Positions 18,386 to 27,701 of a stretch of DNA of 64,000 nt are shown here, one piece after another. The stretch is from positions 32,099 through 96,098 of the forward strand of contig JAPPLD010000020.1 of the NCBI GenBank assembly GCA_028819565.1. The letters are read 5' to 3'. Source of the stretch: Gammaproteobacteria bacterium (GTDB lineage: Bacteria; Pseudomonadota; Gammaproteobacteria; Poriferisulfidales; Poriferisulfidaceae). Within the stretch, counting starts at the first letter, position 1. Each line of letters starts with the position of its first letter. The notes beneath the pieces were generated by a model, which had not been told where the DNA came from, searched no databases, and saw only the letters and a program-made list of their open reading frames with translations. The position numbers and the translations under genes are program-made.

Positions 18386-19822
18386 TCAGAGGGACGGCGA
18401 GCGGACGACCATCAGCTTGTCGACCTGCATGTCCTCGTAGGTGTAGGGGATGCCGCCCACGCCGTGGCCGGACTGCTTGAGACCGGCAAAAGGCATCCAG
18501 TCGACCCGGAACGCGGTGTGGTTGTTGATCATCACCGCGGCGGCTTCCAACTGGTGGTAGCAATGCAGGGCGGTGTTGATGTTCTGGCTGAACACGGCGG
18601 ACTGGAACGAATACGGTCCGGCATTGGCCTGCGCGATGGCGGCGTCGATGTCGTCGAAGCCGTACACGCAGATTACCGGCCCAAACACCTCGTGGGCGCT
18701 GACCTTGGCATCGGCCGGAGGGTTCAGCAGCACGGTCGGCTGGTAGGCGGTGTCCGACAGCCGCTGGCCTCCGCTGACGAGCTGCGCTCCTGCGTTCACG
18801 GCTTCCTGGACCCAGGCTTCGACCCGGTCCACTTCAGCCGGTCGGATCAGGGGGCCGACCTCCGTGTCGGCTTCGGTCGGATCGCCCACTTTCATATCGT
18901 TGCCCAGTTCGGCCAGTCCTTCGGCAATACGCTGGGCGATGCTCTGGTCGGCGTAGACTCGCTGGACCGATACGCAGACCTGTCCGGCATGGTAGAACCC
19001 GCCCTTGGCCATCAGGGGCAGGGCATCGTCGATATCGGCATCCGCCGCCACGATGACTGGGGCGATGCCGCCGTGCTCCAGCGCGCAGCGTGCGCCGGGC
19101 GCCAGTTTCGACCGCAGCATCCAACCAACTTCACCGCTTCCGATAAAGCTGAAAAACGCTACCCGGGGATCTCCGACCATCTGCCCGGCAACCTCGTGAT
19201 CGCCCAAGTTGATTGCCTGCACGTAGCCTTCGGGAAGCCCGGCCTGATGCAGCATTTCAACGAAGCGCATGCACGACAGGGGCGTGTCGAGTGCCGGCTT
19301 GATGATGGCGGGACAGCCGGAAGCGAGGGCGGGACCGACTTGGTGCACGATCAAATTGAGTGGATGGTTGAATGCGGAGAATGCCAGCACCACGCCGATC
19401 GGGTACTTGCGGGTCAGCGCCATGTGGTGGGCCGACGCGGCATTCAAGTTCATCGGGATTTCCTGGCCTGCCTCGGTGCGCATGATTTCCACGCAACTGT
19501 GCATGCCGTCGATTGCCCGGGCCACTTCGACCTTGGAATCTGGCAAGGGCTTGCCGCCTTCACGGGCTGCTTCCACGGCCAGTTCTTCGCTGCGCGCAGC
19601 CATCAACTGTGCGGTTTTCTCCAGCACCTCGATGCGTTTCGCGGGCGGCAGCCAGCGCGACTTATCCTGGTAGATCGCGAAGGCAGTCTCCAAGACCTGG
19701 TCGGCTTGGTTACTGTCGACGACATCAACCGTGGCGATGGGCGAGCGATCCCAAGGAGCGTAGACAGTCGCCTGCTCGGCGCAGGCTCCAATACTGGGCG
19801 CAAAAGCGGAGTAGTGTTCCAT
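18386..19822 (-). CDS. aldehyde dehydrogenase family protein
   Basis: 478 aa. The ALDH catalytic region FFSFIGSGEVG / GQVCVSVQRVY (catalytic Cys) and the ELGG-type glutamate motif CALEHGG are present. Confidence 0.85.
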   Translation of the reverse strand: MEHYSAFAPSIGACAEQATVYAPWDRSPIATVDVVDSNQADQVLETAFAIYQDKSRWLPPAKRIEVLEKTAQLMAARSEELAVEAAREGGKPLPDSKVEVARAIDGMHSCVEIMRTEAGQEIPMNLNAASAHHMALTRKYPIGVVLAFSAFNHPLNLIVHQVGPALASGCPAIIKPALDTPLSCMRFVEMLHQAGLPEGYVQAINLGDHEVAGQMVGDPRVAFFSFIGSGEVGWMLRSKLAPGARCALEHGGIAPVIVAADADIDDALPLMAKGGFYHAGQVCVSVQRVYADQSIAQRIAEGLAELGNDMKVGDPTEADTEVGPLIRPAEVDRVEAWVQEAVNAGAQLVSGGQRLSDTAYQPTVLLNPPADAKVSAHEVFGPVICVYGFDDIDAAIAQANAGPYSFQSAVFSQNINTALHCYHQLEAAAVMINNHTAFRVDWMPFAGLKQSGHGVGGIPYTYEDMQVDKLMVVRSPSL

Positions 19823-19906
19823 GAGGCTAGGAGCAGTGGAAAAATCCCATTTTAAACCAAGTATTCCCGCATCTTGCGGCGTGAAGCGACCTGCGGGACA
19901 GCCCAG

Positions 19907-20695
19907 TCAGCCCGAAAAAGAAAAGAATTCCTGTGCGCACGCCTGCGTATGGCGGGCGAATTCATCCAGGCTCAGGTCTCGAGCCTCGGCAATCTGCTCG
20001 GCGATATGGGGCAGCCACATGGGTTCATTGCGGCGAGTTCGGGGGCGTGGGCGCAGCGTGCGTGGCAATAGATAGGGCGCATCCGTTTCAATCATCAGAC
20101 GATCCAGTGGAATCTCTTTGATCAGGTCCCTGAGCGACTGTCCCCGGCGTTCGTCGCAGAACCAACCGGTGACGCCGATGTATATGCCGCGCTCAAGGCA
20201 GGCATGCAACATAGACCGTCCTCCAGTGAAGCAATGCAAGACGGAGCGCGGTGGGCGGCTGGCCACGTTATCGAAAACCTGCAGGAAATCCTCGCTCGCA
20301 TCGCGATTGTGCATGAGTACGGGCAGACCTAATTCACCTGCCAGTTCTAGTTGTTCCGAGAAAACGGCGGCCTGTGTCTCGCGAGGCGACAGGTCCCGGT
20401 AGTAGTCCAGCCCACACTCGCCGATAGCAATGACTTTGGGATCATGTTGAAGGTCCCGGAGGATTTCGGCGCTGTCGGAGTCCCATTCACGCGCCTGATG
20501 CGGATGCACGCCGATTGCCGCCCAGCAGTCGGGATGGCGCTGTGCAGCCGAAATGCACGCCCGGCTCTCGGCAAGATCCGCGCCAGCCAGCAGAAACCGG
20601 GTGACGCCAGCTTCCCGGGCCCGATGCAGGACCTCTTCCTGATCGTTTGCGAACGACTCGTGGGTCAGGTTGCAGCAGATGTCAGTGAGCATCAA
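19907..20695 (-). CDS. tatD: TatD family hydrolase (metal-dependent DNase)
   Basis: 262 aa. MLTDICCNLTHESFANDQEEVLHRAREAGV aligns with the E. coli TatD N-terminus. AIGVHPH and GECGLDY motifs present. Confidence 0.8.
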   Translation of the reverse strand: MMLTDICCNLTHESFANDQEEVLHRAREAGVTRFLLAGADLAESRACISAAQRHPDCWAAIGVHPHQAREWDSDSAEILRDLQHDPKVIAIGECGLDYYRDLSPRETQAAVFSEQLELAGELGLPVLMHNRDASEDFLQVFDNVASRPPRSVLHCFTGGRSMLHACLERGIYIGVTGWFCDERRGQSLRDLIKEIPLDRLMIETDAPYLLPRTLRPRPRTRRNEPMWLPHIAEQIAEARDLSLDEFARHTQACAQEFFSFSG

Positions 20696-21488
20696 GCCTG
20701 GGATCTCCGCATTCCGCGCAGCGACCGAGCCTCATTTCCGAAAGGGGTTTCTGGCAGGTGCGGCATAGCTGGGGATAGGTGGCGTGCAGTTCGGGGTCCA
20801 CGGCTAGGCGGTCGTCAAAGACAAAGCATTCTCCCTGCCAGTGGCGGCCGCCGCATTGCTCGAAATAGTTTAGGATGCCTCCGGACAACTGCCAGACTTC
20901 CGGGTGTCCCTGCTCGCGCAGCCAGGCGCTGGCCAACTCGCAGCGGATGCCGCCCGTGCAGTAGGTCACGATGGGTCTTGTGTCCGGTTCCAGGTTGCGA
21001 GCCGCTTCCTGGAAATCACGGAATTGATGCAAAGGCAGGGTTTTGGCGGTGGCAAACTGCCCCAGATGCGTCTCGTAGACATTGCGCACATCCAGCAGTC
21101 GCAGTGGGCGACCCTCGTCCAGCCATTGGCATAGCTGTTGCGGTGGCAGGTGAGTGCCCGGCTGGCGGTAGGCGACCGGAGTGTCCACCTGGATGGGCAG
21201 GAGGGAAGGGCGGAATCGGATGATTAGCTTGGAAAAAGGTGAAGTGGCGATGCGGCTGCGCCGGAACTGGAGTTGTTTGAATGGACTTTCGTCCAAAAGA
21301 AGTCGCTCGATCTGGCCGATGCCATTTTCCGAACCCGACAAGCTCAGGTTGATGCCTTCGGGGGCCAGGGTGATGTTGCCGGTCAGTTGCAGACGTTCGC
21401 ATGCCTCGAGCAGGTGGCGGCGCAGCGTCTCGTCCTCGTCGAAGTCCAGGAATTGGTAGGCCGTGGTATGGGCCAGAAGGGGCGCCAT
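20682..21488 (-). CDS. trhO: rhodanese-domain tRNA uridine(34) hydroxylase TrhO (YceA/UPF0176)
   Basis: ORF 20682..21803 minus. Start placed at internal Met106 (MAPLLAHTTAYQFLDF...), since the preceding 105 codons are a Pro/Arg/Gly-rich read-through. Rhodanese active-site Cys in VTYCTGGIRCE. C-terminal CxxC Zn-ribbon-like CRTCQK...CAECG. Confidence 0.7.
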   Translation of the reverse strand: MAPLLAHTTAYQFLDFDEDETLRRHLLEACERLQLTGNITLAPEGINLSLSGSENGIGQIERLLLDESPFKQLQFRRSRIATSPFSKLIIRFRPSLLPIQVDTPVAYRQPGTHLPPQQLCQWLDEGRPLRLLDVRNVYETHLGQFATAKTLPLHQFRDFQEAARNLEPDTRPIVTYCTGGIRCELASAWLREQGHPEVWQLSGGILNYFEQCGGRHWQGECFVFDDRLAVDPELHATYPQLCRTCQKPLSEMRLGRCAECGDPRLDAH

Positions 21489-21490
21489 AG

Positions 21491-22006
21491 TCAGAACTGT
21501 TCCAGGGTAGTGAACAGGCCGACCCGAAGATCCTTCGCAGTGTAGATGTCGCGGCCGTCCACTTGGACCAAGCCGTCGGCAATCCCCATCACCAGTGAAC
21601 GGGTGATCAGGCGTTTGAGGTGGATGTGGTAGTGCACGGTGCGGTTTTCCGGAGTCACTTGGCCGGAAAACTTGACCCGGCCGACGCCCAGCGCTCGGCC
21701 TCGCCCCGGATGACCCTGCCATCCCAGGAAGAATCCCACCAACTGCCACAGGGCATCGAGCCCCAGGCAGCCTGGCATAACCGGATCGCCGGGGAAATGG
21801 CATTGGAAGAACCAGAGGTCGGGGCGAATGTCCAGTTCCGCCTGCAGTTCGCCTTTCCCGTAGGAGCCGCCTTGCTCGCTGATATGCGTGATGCGGTCCA
21901 GCATCAGCATGTTCGGACTCGGCAACTGGGCGTTGCCTTCGCCGAACATCTCACCGCGCGCGCAACGCAGGAGATCCTCGTAGGAGAAACTTTGAGGTGA
22001 ACCCAT
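21491..22006 (-). CDS. fabA: 3-hydroxydecanoyl-ACP dehydratase/isomerase
   Basis: 171 aa. [30 protein letters not shown] matches the FabA N-terminus. Active-site His in [14 protein letters not shown]. Confidence 0.85.
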   Translation of the reverse strand: MGSPQSFSYEDLLRCARGEMFGEGNAQLPSPNMLMLDRITHISEQGGSYGKGELQAELDIRPDLWFFQCHFPGDPVMPGCLGLDALWQLVGFFLGWQGHPGRGRALGVGRVKFSGQVTPENRTVHYHIHLKRLITRSLVMGIADGLVQVDGRDIYTAKDLRVGLFTTLEQF

Positions 22007-22065
22007 GGGATGGAAACCGAGTAATAAACCTGCAGGCTATTCTATAGAGTGCGGGTGGGGGGCAA

Positions 22066-23022
22066 TCAGGCCGGTTCGGCATCGGCTTGGGCATCGAGCC
22101 GCATCCGTCCCAGGGCGAGACGCAGTTCACCGAACGTCTGTGTCGGGATGATCCGGGTATCGTCGATCACCGCTTCGAAAAGATTCAAGTTAGAGCCGTG
22201 CAGGAGGACCGGGTGATTTTCCGGGATGGCGCGGCGGAGTTTGCGCAACTCATTCGGAAGCAAAGGATCATCGACCGGGTAGGCGGCGATGGCGGTGCAC
22301 AGGGCCCGGCTACGTTCCGCTGTGTACGCGACTTCGTCAGCAGACAGCCCGACACCAAGGAAGATTGGCCGCCACCCGTAGGCTCGGGTCGCCACGGCCA
22401 AGCGAAGCAGCGGAAGTTCATCTGTTCCGGACAATCCGCCGGCCACGACCACGCGGAAGGCGGAACCGGTTCCCGGGCGGGTGGCATAGTTCAGCAAATG
22501 ACTGCGGATTACGCCTTCGGCCATGTGCTTTTGAGCCATGCGCAGGGTTCCGTTGCGGCATTCGTCCTGCATGTGCTGGATCAGCGGTGCGACCAAGTCT
22601 TCCTGCATGAACAACTCGACCAAATTCTTCTCGGCGTCGCTCAGGGTTTCGGCCAGTTGTTCCGGATCCATCCTGTCGATCGCCTCGAGGCAGCGGTCGA
22701 AGTATTCCATGACCGCGTCCGTGCGGGGTCGCGAGGAACCTAGGGAGGGGACCAGGACAGCCGCTTGCTCGTCTCCTTCCACCATGGTCTGGAGTTCGGC
22801 AATGGACGACCGCGCGATGGCGCCGATGCGCCGTCCGGCATGGGTGGCACGGGCCAGCAGGCGCAGGCGCTCGATATCCTCGTCCCGGTACAATCGATGC
22901 TGGTTCCGGGTTCGCGTCGGTTCGACTGCGTGATAGCGGCGCTCCCAGGCGCGGATCAGTTCCACGCTCAGGCCCGATCTCCGCGCGGCGACCTGGATCG
23001 GATGGAGTGGATGTTCGGCCAT
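22066..23022 (-). CDS. MerR-family transcriptional regulator with C-terminal B12-binding-like domain (CarH/LitR-like architecture)
   Basis: 318 aa. N-terminal MerR HTH IQVAARRSGLSVELIRAWERRY. C-terminal Rossmann-like B12-binding-type region FRVVVAGGLSGTDELPLLRLAVATRAYGWRPIFLGVGLSADEV. The canonical ExHxxG His ligand is not evident. Divergent from an AlkB-like gene. Confidence 0.55.
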   Translation of the reverse strand: MAEHPLHPIQVAARRSGLSVELIRAWERRYHAVEPTRTRNQHRLYRDEDIERLRLLARATHAGRRIGAIARSSIAELQTMVEGDEQAAVLVPSLGSSRPRTDAVMEYFDRCLEAIDRMDPEQLAETLSDAEKNLVELFMQEDLVAPLIQHMQDECRNGTLRMAQKHMAEGVIRSHLLNYATRPGTGSAFRVVVAGGLSGTDELPLLRLAVATRAYGWRPIFLGVGLSADEVAYTAERSRALCTAIAAYPVDDPLLPNELRKLRRAIPENHPVLLHGSNLNLFEAVIDDTRIIPTQTFGELRLALGRMRLDAQADAEPA

Positions 23023-23191
23023 GTCGGGTCATTCACCTTTTGTTCAGGGAAAAACCAGAGAATCTGGCATTTCGTACAGCCATTGTACTGGATGTTTTTC
23101 CATCAGCCAACTGGTCGGCTGAAATATTTGTGATAGATTAGCCTCAAAAGAGTCGTGTCCCCACGATTGTCAGAATTACTTAGGAGGAGCC

Positions 23192-24334
23192 GTGAAAAAA
23201 CTGTTTATTAATCTACGCTATTTCCTCGCGCCGCTGCTGATCCTGTCGGCACTGTTCGGGGTTTTGGCAGGCGGCCCGTGGGTCTGGACCGGAATCGCCC
23301 TGATGGGCATCGGCATTCTGGTTGATACCACAACGCCACAACGCACCATGGGTGCGGGGTTTGACGAAGAGGGTAACACCTATGGCATCCCTGCTCTTCA
23401 GAACGGTGTCATGTACAGCATGCTGGGCGTTTTCGTCCTATTGCAGTTGGCGATCTGCTGGCGCATCTACCAATATGTAAATGGTGTCCCGATGGGGACT
23501 GGCACTTTCCTGGGCCTGTCCTATCAGGAAGGGATTACCGGGATGCAGTTGGTCGGGGCGGTCGTTTCGACAGGCATCTTTGCCGGCATCGGCATCATCT
23601 ACGGGCACGAGCTGGCGCACACCAAGGGCTTCAGTTTCGTGATTGCACGCTGGATGATGGGGCTGTCCGGTTCATCCCATTTCTGCTACGCGCATGTGTA
23701 CAACCATCATCTGGAACTGGGTTGCGAGGATGATCCCGCAACTTCGCCGCGCGGACGCAGTCTGTACGCTCATTTCCCGAAATCCTATTTCGGCCAAAGC
23801 AAATTCCTGTATTCGATGGAGAAGCATCGCCTAGAGCGTCTGGGCGTGCCGTTCCTGTCTTGGCAGAACCGCTGGATTCGTGGCTATGCAATGAGCTTGC
23901 CGACGCTTTTCCTGTTCTGGATGGCAGGCGGCTGGCTCGGCATCTGCGCCATGCTGCTGATCTGGATGATCTCGAACTTCGAGCTGGAAGCGCTCAACTA
24001 TCTGGAGCACTATGGGCTGATTCGCGAGAAAGGCCAGCCCATCGACTATCGCCATAGCTGGGACAACAGCACGGCGTTCACCAGCTGGTTCTTCATCGAG
24101 ATCGGCCGTCAGGCAGACCACCACGACCGTGGTGAAACTCACTTCTGGGAGCTCGACGAGGTCGGGGCGCCAAATACGGGGATGGGGTATTTCACCCTGT
24201 TCGCGCTGGCGTTGGTTCCACCGGCATTCCATGCTCTCATGGAAATTGAGTTGAAGAAGTGGGACGACAACGAAGCCTCTGAAGGCGAGTTGGAAGTCTC
24301 CCGGGCGATCAACAAGGTTGCAGGCTACGCATAA
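23192..24334 (+). CDS. AlkB-like integral-membrane non-heme di-iron hydroxylase / fatty-acid-desaturase-superfamily protein
   Basis: 380 aa, multiple TM helices. Has the four AlkB-family His boxes (HELAHTK, HVYNHH, NYLEHYGL, ADHHDRG), cf. AlkB HELGHK / EHNRGHH / NYIEHYGL / SDHHA. Confidence 0.7.
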   Translation: MKKLFINLRYFLAPLLILSALFGVLAGGPWVWTGIALMGIGILVDTTTPQRTMGAGFDEEGNTYGIPALQNGVMYSMLGVFVLLQLAICWRIYQYVNGVPMGTGTFLGLSYQEGITGMQLVGAVVSTGIFAGIGIIYGHELAHTKGFSFVIARWMMGLSGSSHFCYAHVYNHHLELGCEDDPATSPRGRSLYAHFPKSYFGQSKFLYSMEKHRLERLGVPFLSWQNRWIRGYAMSLPTLFLFWMAGGWLGICAMLLIWMISNFELEALNYLEHYGLIREKGQPIDYRHSWDNSTAFTSWFFIEIGRQADHHDRGETHFWELDEVGAPNTGMGYFTLFALALVPPAFHALMEIELKKWDDNEASEGELEVSRAINKVAGYA

Positions 24335-24363
24335 GAGGTCTGAAAACCCTAACCATATAAAAG

Positions 24364-24396
24364 AACGCCCCCTTTCGAGGGGGCGTTTCTTTTTTG
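24364..24396 (+). terminator. rho-independent terminator after the AlkB-like gene
   Basis: AACGCCCCC-TTTCGA-GGGGGCGTT hairpin followed by TCTTTTTT. Confidence 0.7.
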
Positions 24397-24423
24397 AGGC
24401 AAGCCCTCCGTACAATAAGGGTC

Positions 24424-25122
24424 ATGAGTGAATTCGGGCAAACCCGTCGGCTGGAAGACCGGTTGATCGACGATGCCGCGGCCGCAGGGCAGTCGGCACG
24501 GCAGCAGCGTCGATTGACGCTGGAGAAGGAATTGCGCCGCCCGAATCTCAAGGATTCGGAACGTCTTGACGCACAATTGGAACTTTCCCAAGTTTTGCTT
24601 GACCTCGGCGAGTCCGAGACCGCTTTCGCGACAGCTCGGGAAGTGCTGGATGTGGGTATTCGGGCGGAACGCTACGAAGAGGCGACCTCGGCCTGCCAGG
24701 TCATGTACCTGAGCGAGCAGCCGGAGTCCACGCCAGCTCTGGGACACGGCCTTTGGCTGGCGCTGGCTTGCCCCATGGATCCGGATCTGACTTGGCAGTT
24801 GTTCCGCCATTTGGTCGAAGAGACTCCGGCTCATTCCGATGGTGCGGCTGTGGCTGCGATGCTGGCTTATTTCCTGATGGACAAGCGAGCGACCGGTACG
24901 GAACGCGATCGCCTAATCTTCCTGGCCCGGCAGCAAGTGGCGGAAGTGGCTGAGCGCCACCGTGGCATCACCGACGAGGAAGCAATCGGGATCTGGGTGC
25001 AGATGCATGACTTGGACGATGTGGATCTATTGCTGGAACGGATGGCATGCATTCTCGATACGATCACGCCGGACTGGTGGTTTGACCGGGAGGCGGTGCG
25101 CGCCCGGTTTTCCTCCGATTGA
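24424..25122 (+). CDS. hypothetical protein
   Basis: ORF 24394..25122 with a likely start at MSEFGQ (24424). Balanced composition and a terminator upstream. No recognisable motifs. Confidence 0.4.
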   Translation: MSEFGQTRRLEDRLIDDAAAAGQSARQQRRLTLEKELRRPNLKDSERLDAQLELSQVLLDLGESETAFATAREVLDVGIRAERYEEATSACQVMYLSEQPESTPALGHGLWLALACPMDPDLTWQLFRHLVEETPAHSDGAAVAAMLAYFLMDKRATGTERDRLIFLARQQVAEVAERHRGITDEEAIGIWVQMHDLDDVDLLLERMACILDTITPDWWFDREAVRARFSSD

Positions 25123-25141
25123 TTCCAACCGGTACGGGGTC

Positions 25142-26233
25142 ATGGCATCCGCTGACGATCCTTACGCACGCCGCATCATCCACATTGACATGGATGCGTT
25201 CTATGCGGCAGTCGAGATGCGCGAGGACCCTTCGCTACGAGGTCGCCCCCTGGTCGTTGGCGGTGATCCGGAACGGCGGGGCACGGTGGCGACATGCAAC
25301 TACGAGGCCCGAGCCTACGGCATTCACTCGGCAATGGCGAGCCGGACTGCCAAGAAGCGATGCCCGGAAGTAATCTTCATCCGCCCGCGGTTCGATCTGT
25401 ACCGCGCAGTGTCGGCCGAAATACGTGAAATCTTCCTCCAGTACACTCCCAAGGTCGAGCCTTTGTCCCTGGATGAGGCATACCTTGACGTGACCGGCTG
25501 CCGCCTGTTCGGTGGAATTGCAACTGACATTGCGCGTGACATCAAGCGTCGCATCTTGGAGAAAACCCGGTTGACCGGTTCGGCCGGCGTCTCGTACAAC
25601 AAGTTCCTCGCCAAGATCGCTTCGGACATGAACAAACCGGATGGCTTGACCGTGGTGCGTCCGGAGGACGGCCCGAAGCTGGCGGCCCGCCTGCCGATCC
25701 GAAAATTCTTCGGGATCGGACCGGTCACGGCGGCACGAATGAAGGAATTGGGGATCGAAACCGGAGCCGATCTCAGGCAGTGGCCGCTGGAACGGCTCCA
25801 GCCTTTGTTCGGGAAGCACGCCGAGTACTACTATCAGGCGGCACGGGGCGTGGATCTGCGCGAAGTAGAGCCGGACCGGCCCCGCAAGTCGCTGGGCTCG
25901 GAGACGACATTCGTGCAGGACATCCAGGACCTGGAAGAAATGCTGAATGCGCTCAAGTTGCGGGCGCGCGAGGTGGCGCTGGATCTGCAGGAAAAGCAGT
26001 TGACCGGGAAGACCGTCACGGTGAAAGTCAAGTTCAGCGATTTCACGCAGGTCACCCGGAGTCATTCGTTCGACCGGCCGCTGACTTCGTACCGGCAGAT
26101 GGCGGATATCCTGCCGGATCTGCTGCGCCGAGCCACGCAACCAGGCCGGGCGGTACGCCTGCTCGGGGTGACGGTTTCGAACCTGGTTCCGCATGCCGAC
26201 GAGGAGGAATCTGTACAGCGCAGCTTGCTGTAG
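25142..26233 (+). CDS. dinB: DNA polymerase IV (Y-family)
   Basis: In-frame Met61 of ORF 24962..26233. RIIHIDMDAFYAAVEMREDPSLRGRPLVVGG and SLDEAYLDVTG are hallmark DinB motifs. About 363 aa. Confidence 0.9.
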   Translation: MASADDPYARRIIHIDMDAFYAAVEMREDPSLRGRPLVVGGDPERRGTVATCNYEARAYGIHSAMASRTAKKRCPEVIFIRPRFDLYRAVSAEIREIFLQYTPKVEPLSLDEAYLDVTGCRLFGGIATDIARDIKRRILEKTRLTGSAGVSYNKFLAKIASDMNKPDGLTVVRPEDGPKLAARLPIRKFFGIGPVTAARMKELGIETGADLRQWPLERLQPLFGKHAEYYYQAARGVDLREVEPDRPRKSLGSETTFVQDIQDLEEMLNALKLRAREVALDLQEKQLTGKTVTVKVKFSDFTQVTRSHSFDRPLTSYRQMADILPDLLRRATQPGRAVRLLGVTVSNLVPHADEEESVQRSLL

Positions 26234-26389
26234 ATGCGGGGTTTCCATCATGCAAATCGTTGATGGATTGAAGCTTGATAATCTGATAAGGTCTGACGAA
26301 TGGCATGGAAACCGAACAAAGGATTATGGCCATTTACGAATCGGCGCCATGTGCATTTCGTCTTCGCCTGGACCGGTCTTAGATAAATA

Positions 26390-27523
26390 ATGACTACGGT
26401 GCCCTTGGACATGGCAGTCATCGGCGCTGGGCCAGCTGGAAGTGTCTGCGCCTATAGCGCGCTTGCCATGTCCACGAAAATACAAGTAGCGCTTGTAGAC
26501 GGGGAAACCTTCCCGCGCGACAAGTCCTGCGGCGATGGGGTCCGGTGTGATGCCGTGTCCATACTGAGAAAGCTTGGCCTAGGGACCATCTTCGATGGGA
26601 AGCCGGTAATCCGGCAGTTGGAGCATACAAGCCCCCCTGGCTTTAAATGTCCGGAAATATCCTTGACAGACGGCGAAGTTGATCCCATGGATGAAATCGG
26701 GTATTACATCGTCGAACGCAAAATCTTTGATCACCATTTGTATGAAGCGGCAATAACTCAAGGGGCAAAAGACTATACGGGGTGCAGGCTGACAGATGCC
26801 AAATTTGATGAATCACAGAAGTTCTGGAATCTGATTTTGCAGGAACGGTCTGGAGCGAGGACCGCGATCCGGAGCCGGGTCTTAATCGGTGCAGACGGCG
26901 CAGGGTCGCGAGTTCGACGGATTGCGGGGTTGAGCCTCAACGGACAGCAGCACAAAGCGGTTGGTCTTCGCGCATATGCGCGAACCGAAGATCTGGCGGA
27001 GAACATCATGCGTGTTGATTTCACCAAGAGCCTGATTCCCGGATATGGATGGGTGTTCCCGCTGGGGGGAGGCAAAGTCAATATAGGAGTAAGCCTTGAT
27101 GCGCGTGATTACAGAAGTTGTGGCAGGAGCCTGGTCTCCTATCTGGACGAGTACATGGGGTATCTAAGCGGCCAGGATGTGGCGATTCAAGACTTGAGCG
27201 GCATCAAATCTCATTCATTGCCGCTAGCGTCGATGTCTCCGCCTCTCGTTCCAAGGCGGCAACTGGCGCTGATCGGTGATGCGGCGGCGATGATCAACCC
27301 ATTCACCGGAGAAGGAATCCACTACGGAATTTGGGCAGGGCACTCGCTGGGAACGGCTATCGGCAAAAATGTGAGCCAGAAAAAATCCGTACAAGCTGCT
27401 TTGGAAGGCTACGCTAGATCATACGCAGAACGATTCGAGGAGACCATGAAGCAGTATGAGAACCTGCGTAAGTGGCTAAGATTCCTGAGATTCCTGGCCA
27501 ACCCGGCCGAGGCGCGGTCTTGA
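26390..27523 (+). CDS. geranylgeranyl-reductase-family FAD-dependent oxidoreductase
   Basis: 377 aa. N-terminal AVIGAGPAGSVCAY...VALVDGETFPRDKSCGDGV matches the GG-reductase family (FAD-binding GxGxxG plus a conserved Cys after the DG motif). Lower GC. First gene of the low-GC RiPP island. Confidence 0.6.
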   Translation: MTTVPLDMAVIGAGPAGSVCAYSALAMSTKIQVALVDGETFPRDKSCGDGVRCDAVSILRKLGLGTIFDGKPVIRQLEHTSPPGFKCPEISLTDGEVDPMDEIGYYIVERKIFDHHLYEAAITQGAKDYTGCRLTDAKFDESQKFWNLILQERSGARTAIRSRVLIGADGAGSRVRRIAGLSLNGQQHKAVGLRAYARTEDLAENIMRVDFTKSLIPGYGWVFPLGGGKVNIGVSLDARDYRSCGRSLVSYLDEYMGYLSGQDVAIQDLSGIKSHSLPLASMSPPLVPRRQLALIGDAAAMINPFTGEGIHYGIWAGHSLGTAIGKNVSQKKSVQAALEGYARSYAERFEETMKQYENLRKWLRFLRFLANPAEARS

Positions 27524-27701
27524 CGGAAAAAGTGCCGGTGGCCCCTGTGGTTCGAGGGCCTGCCTAATCCGACCGTTCCTCTATTGCCGATGCTTTCGAG
27601 TCCGCCGTAGGTCCTCGGCTCTCACTTGACACGACTGTCGCGCCGTGGACAATTCCTGCTATGTCGTCGCCGGATTAATCCTGGCAAGCGAGGAGGGTGT
27701 T

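Noticed and set aside
22087-23133. Plus-strand ORFs (218 and 122 aa) antisense to the MerR/B12 regulator
   Set aside because: Antisense read-through with biased composition. The minus-strand gene has the HTH and Rossmann motifs.
25235-26251. 338-aa minus-strand ORF antisense to dinB
   Set aside because: Arg/Pro-rich composition. The plus-strand frame carries unambiguous DinB motifs.
26234-26389. Imperfect inverted repeat CCATCATGCAAATCGTTGATGG after dinB as a terminator or att site
   Set aside because: Stem has mismatches and no T-tract follows. It could not be supported as a terminator or integration site.
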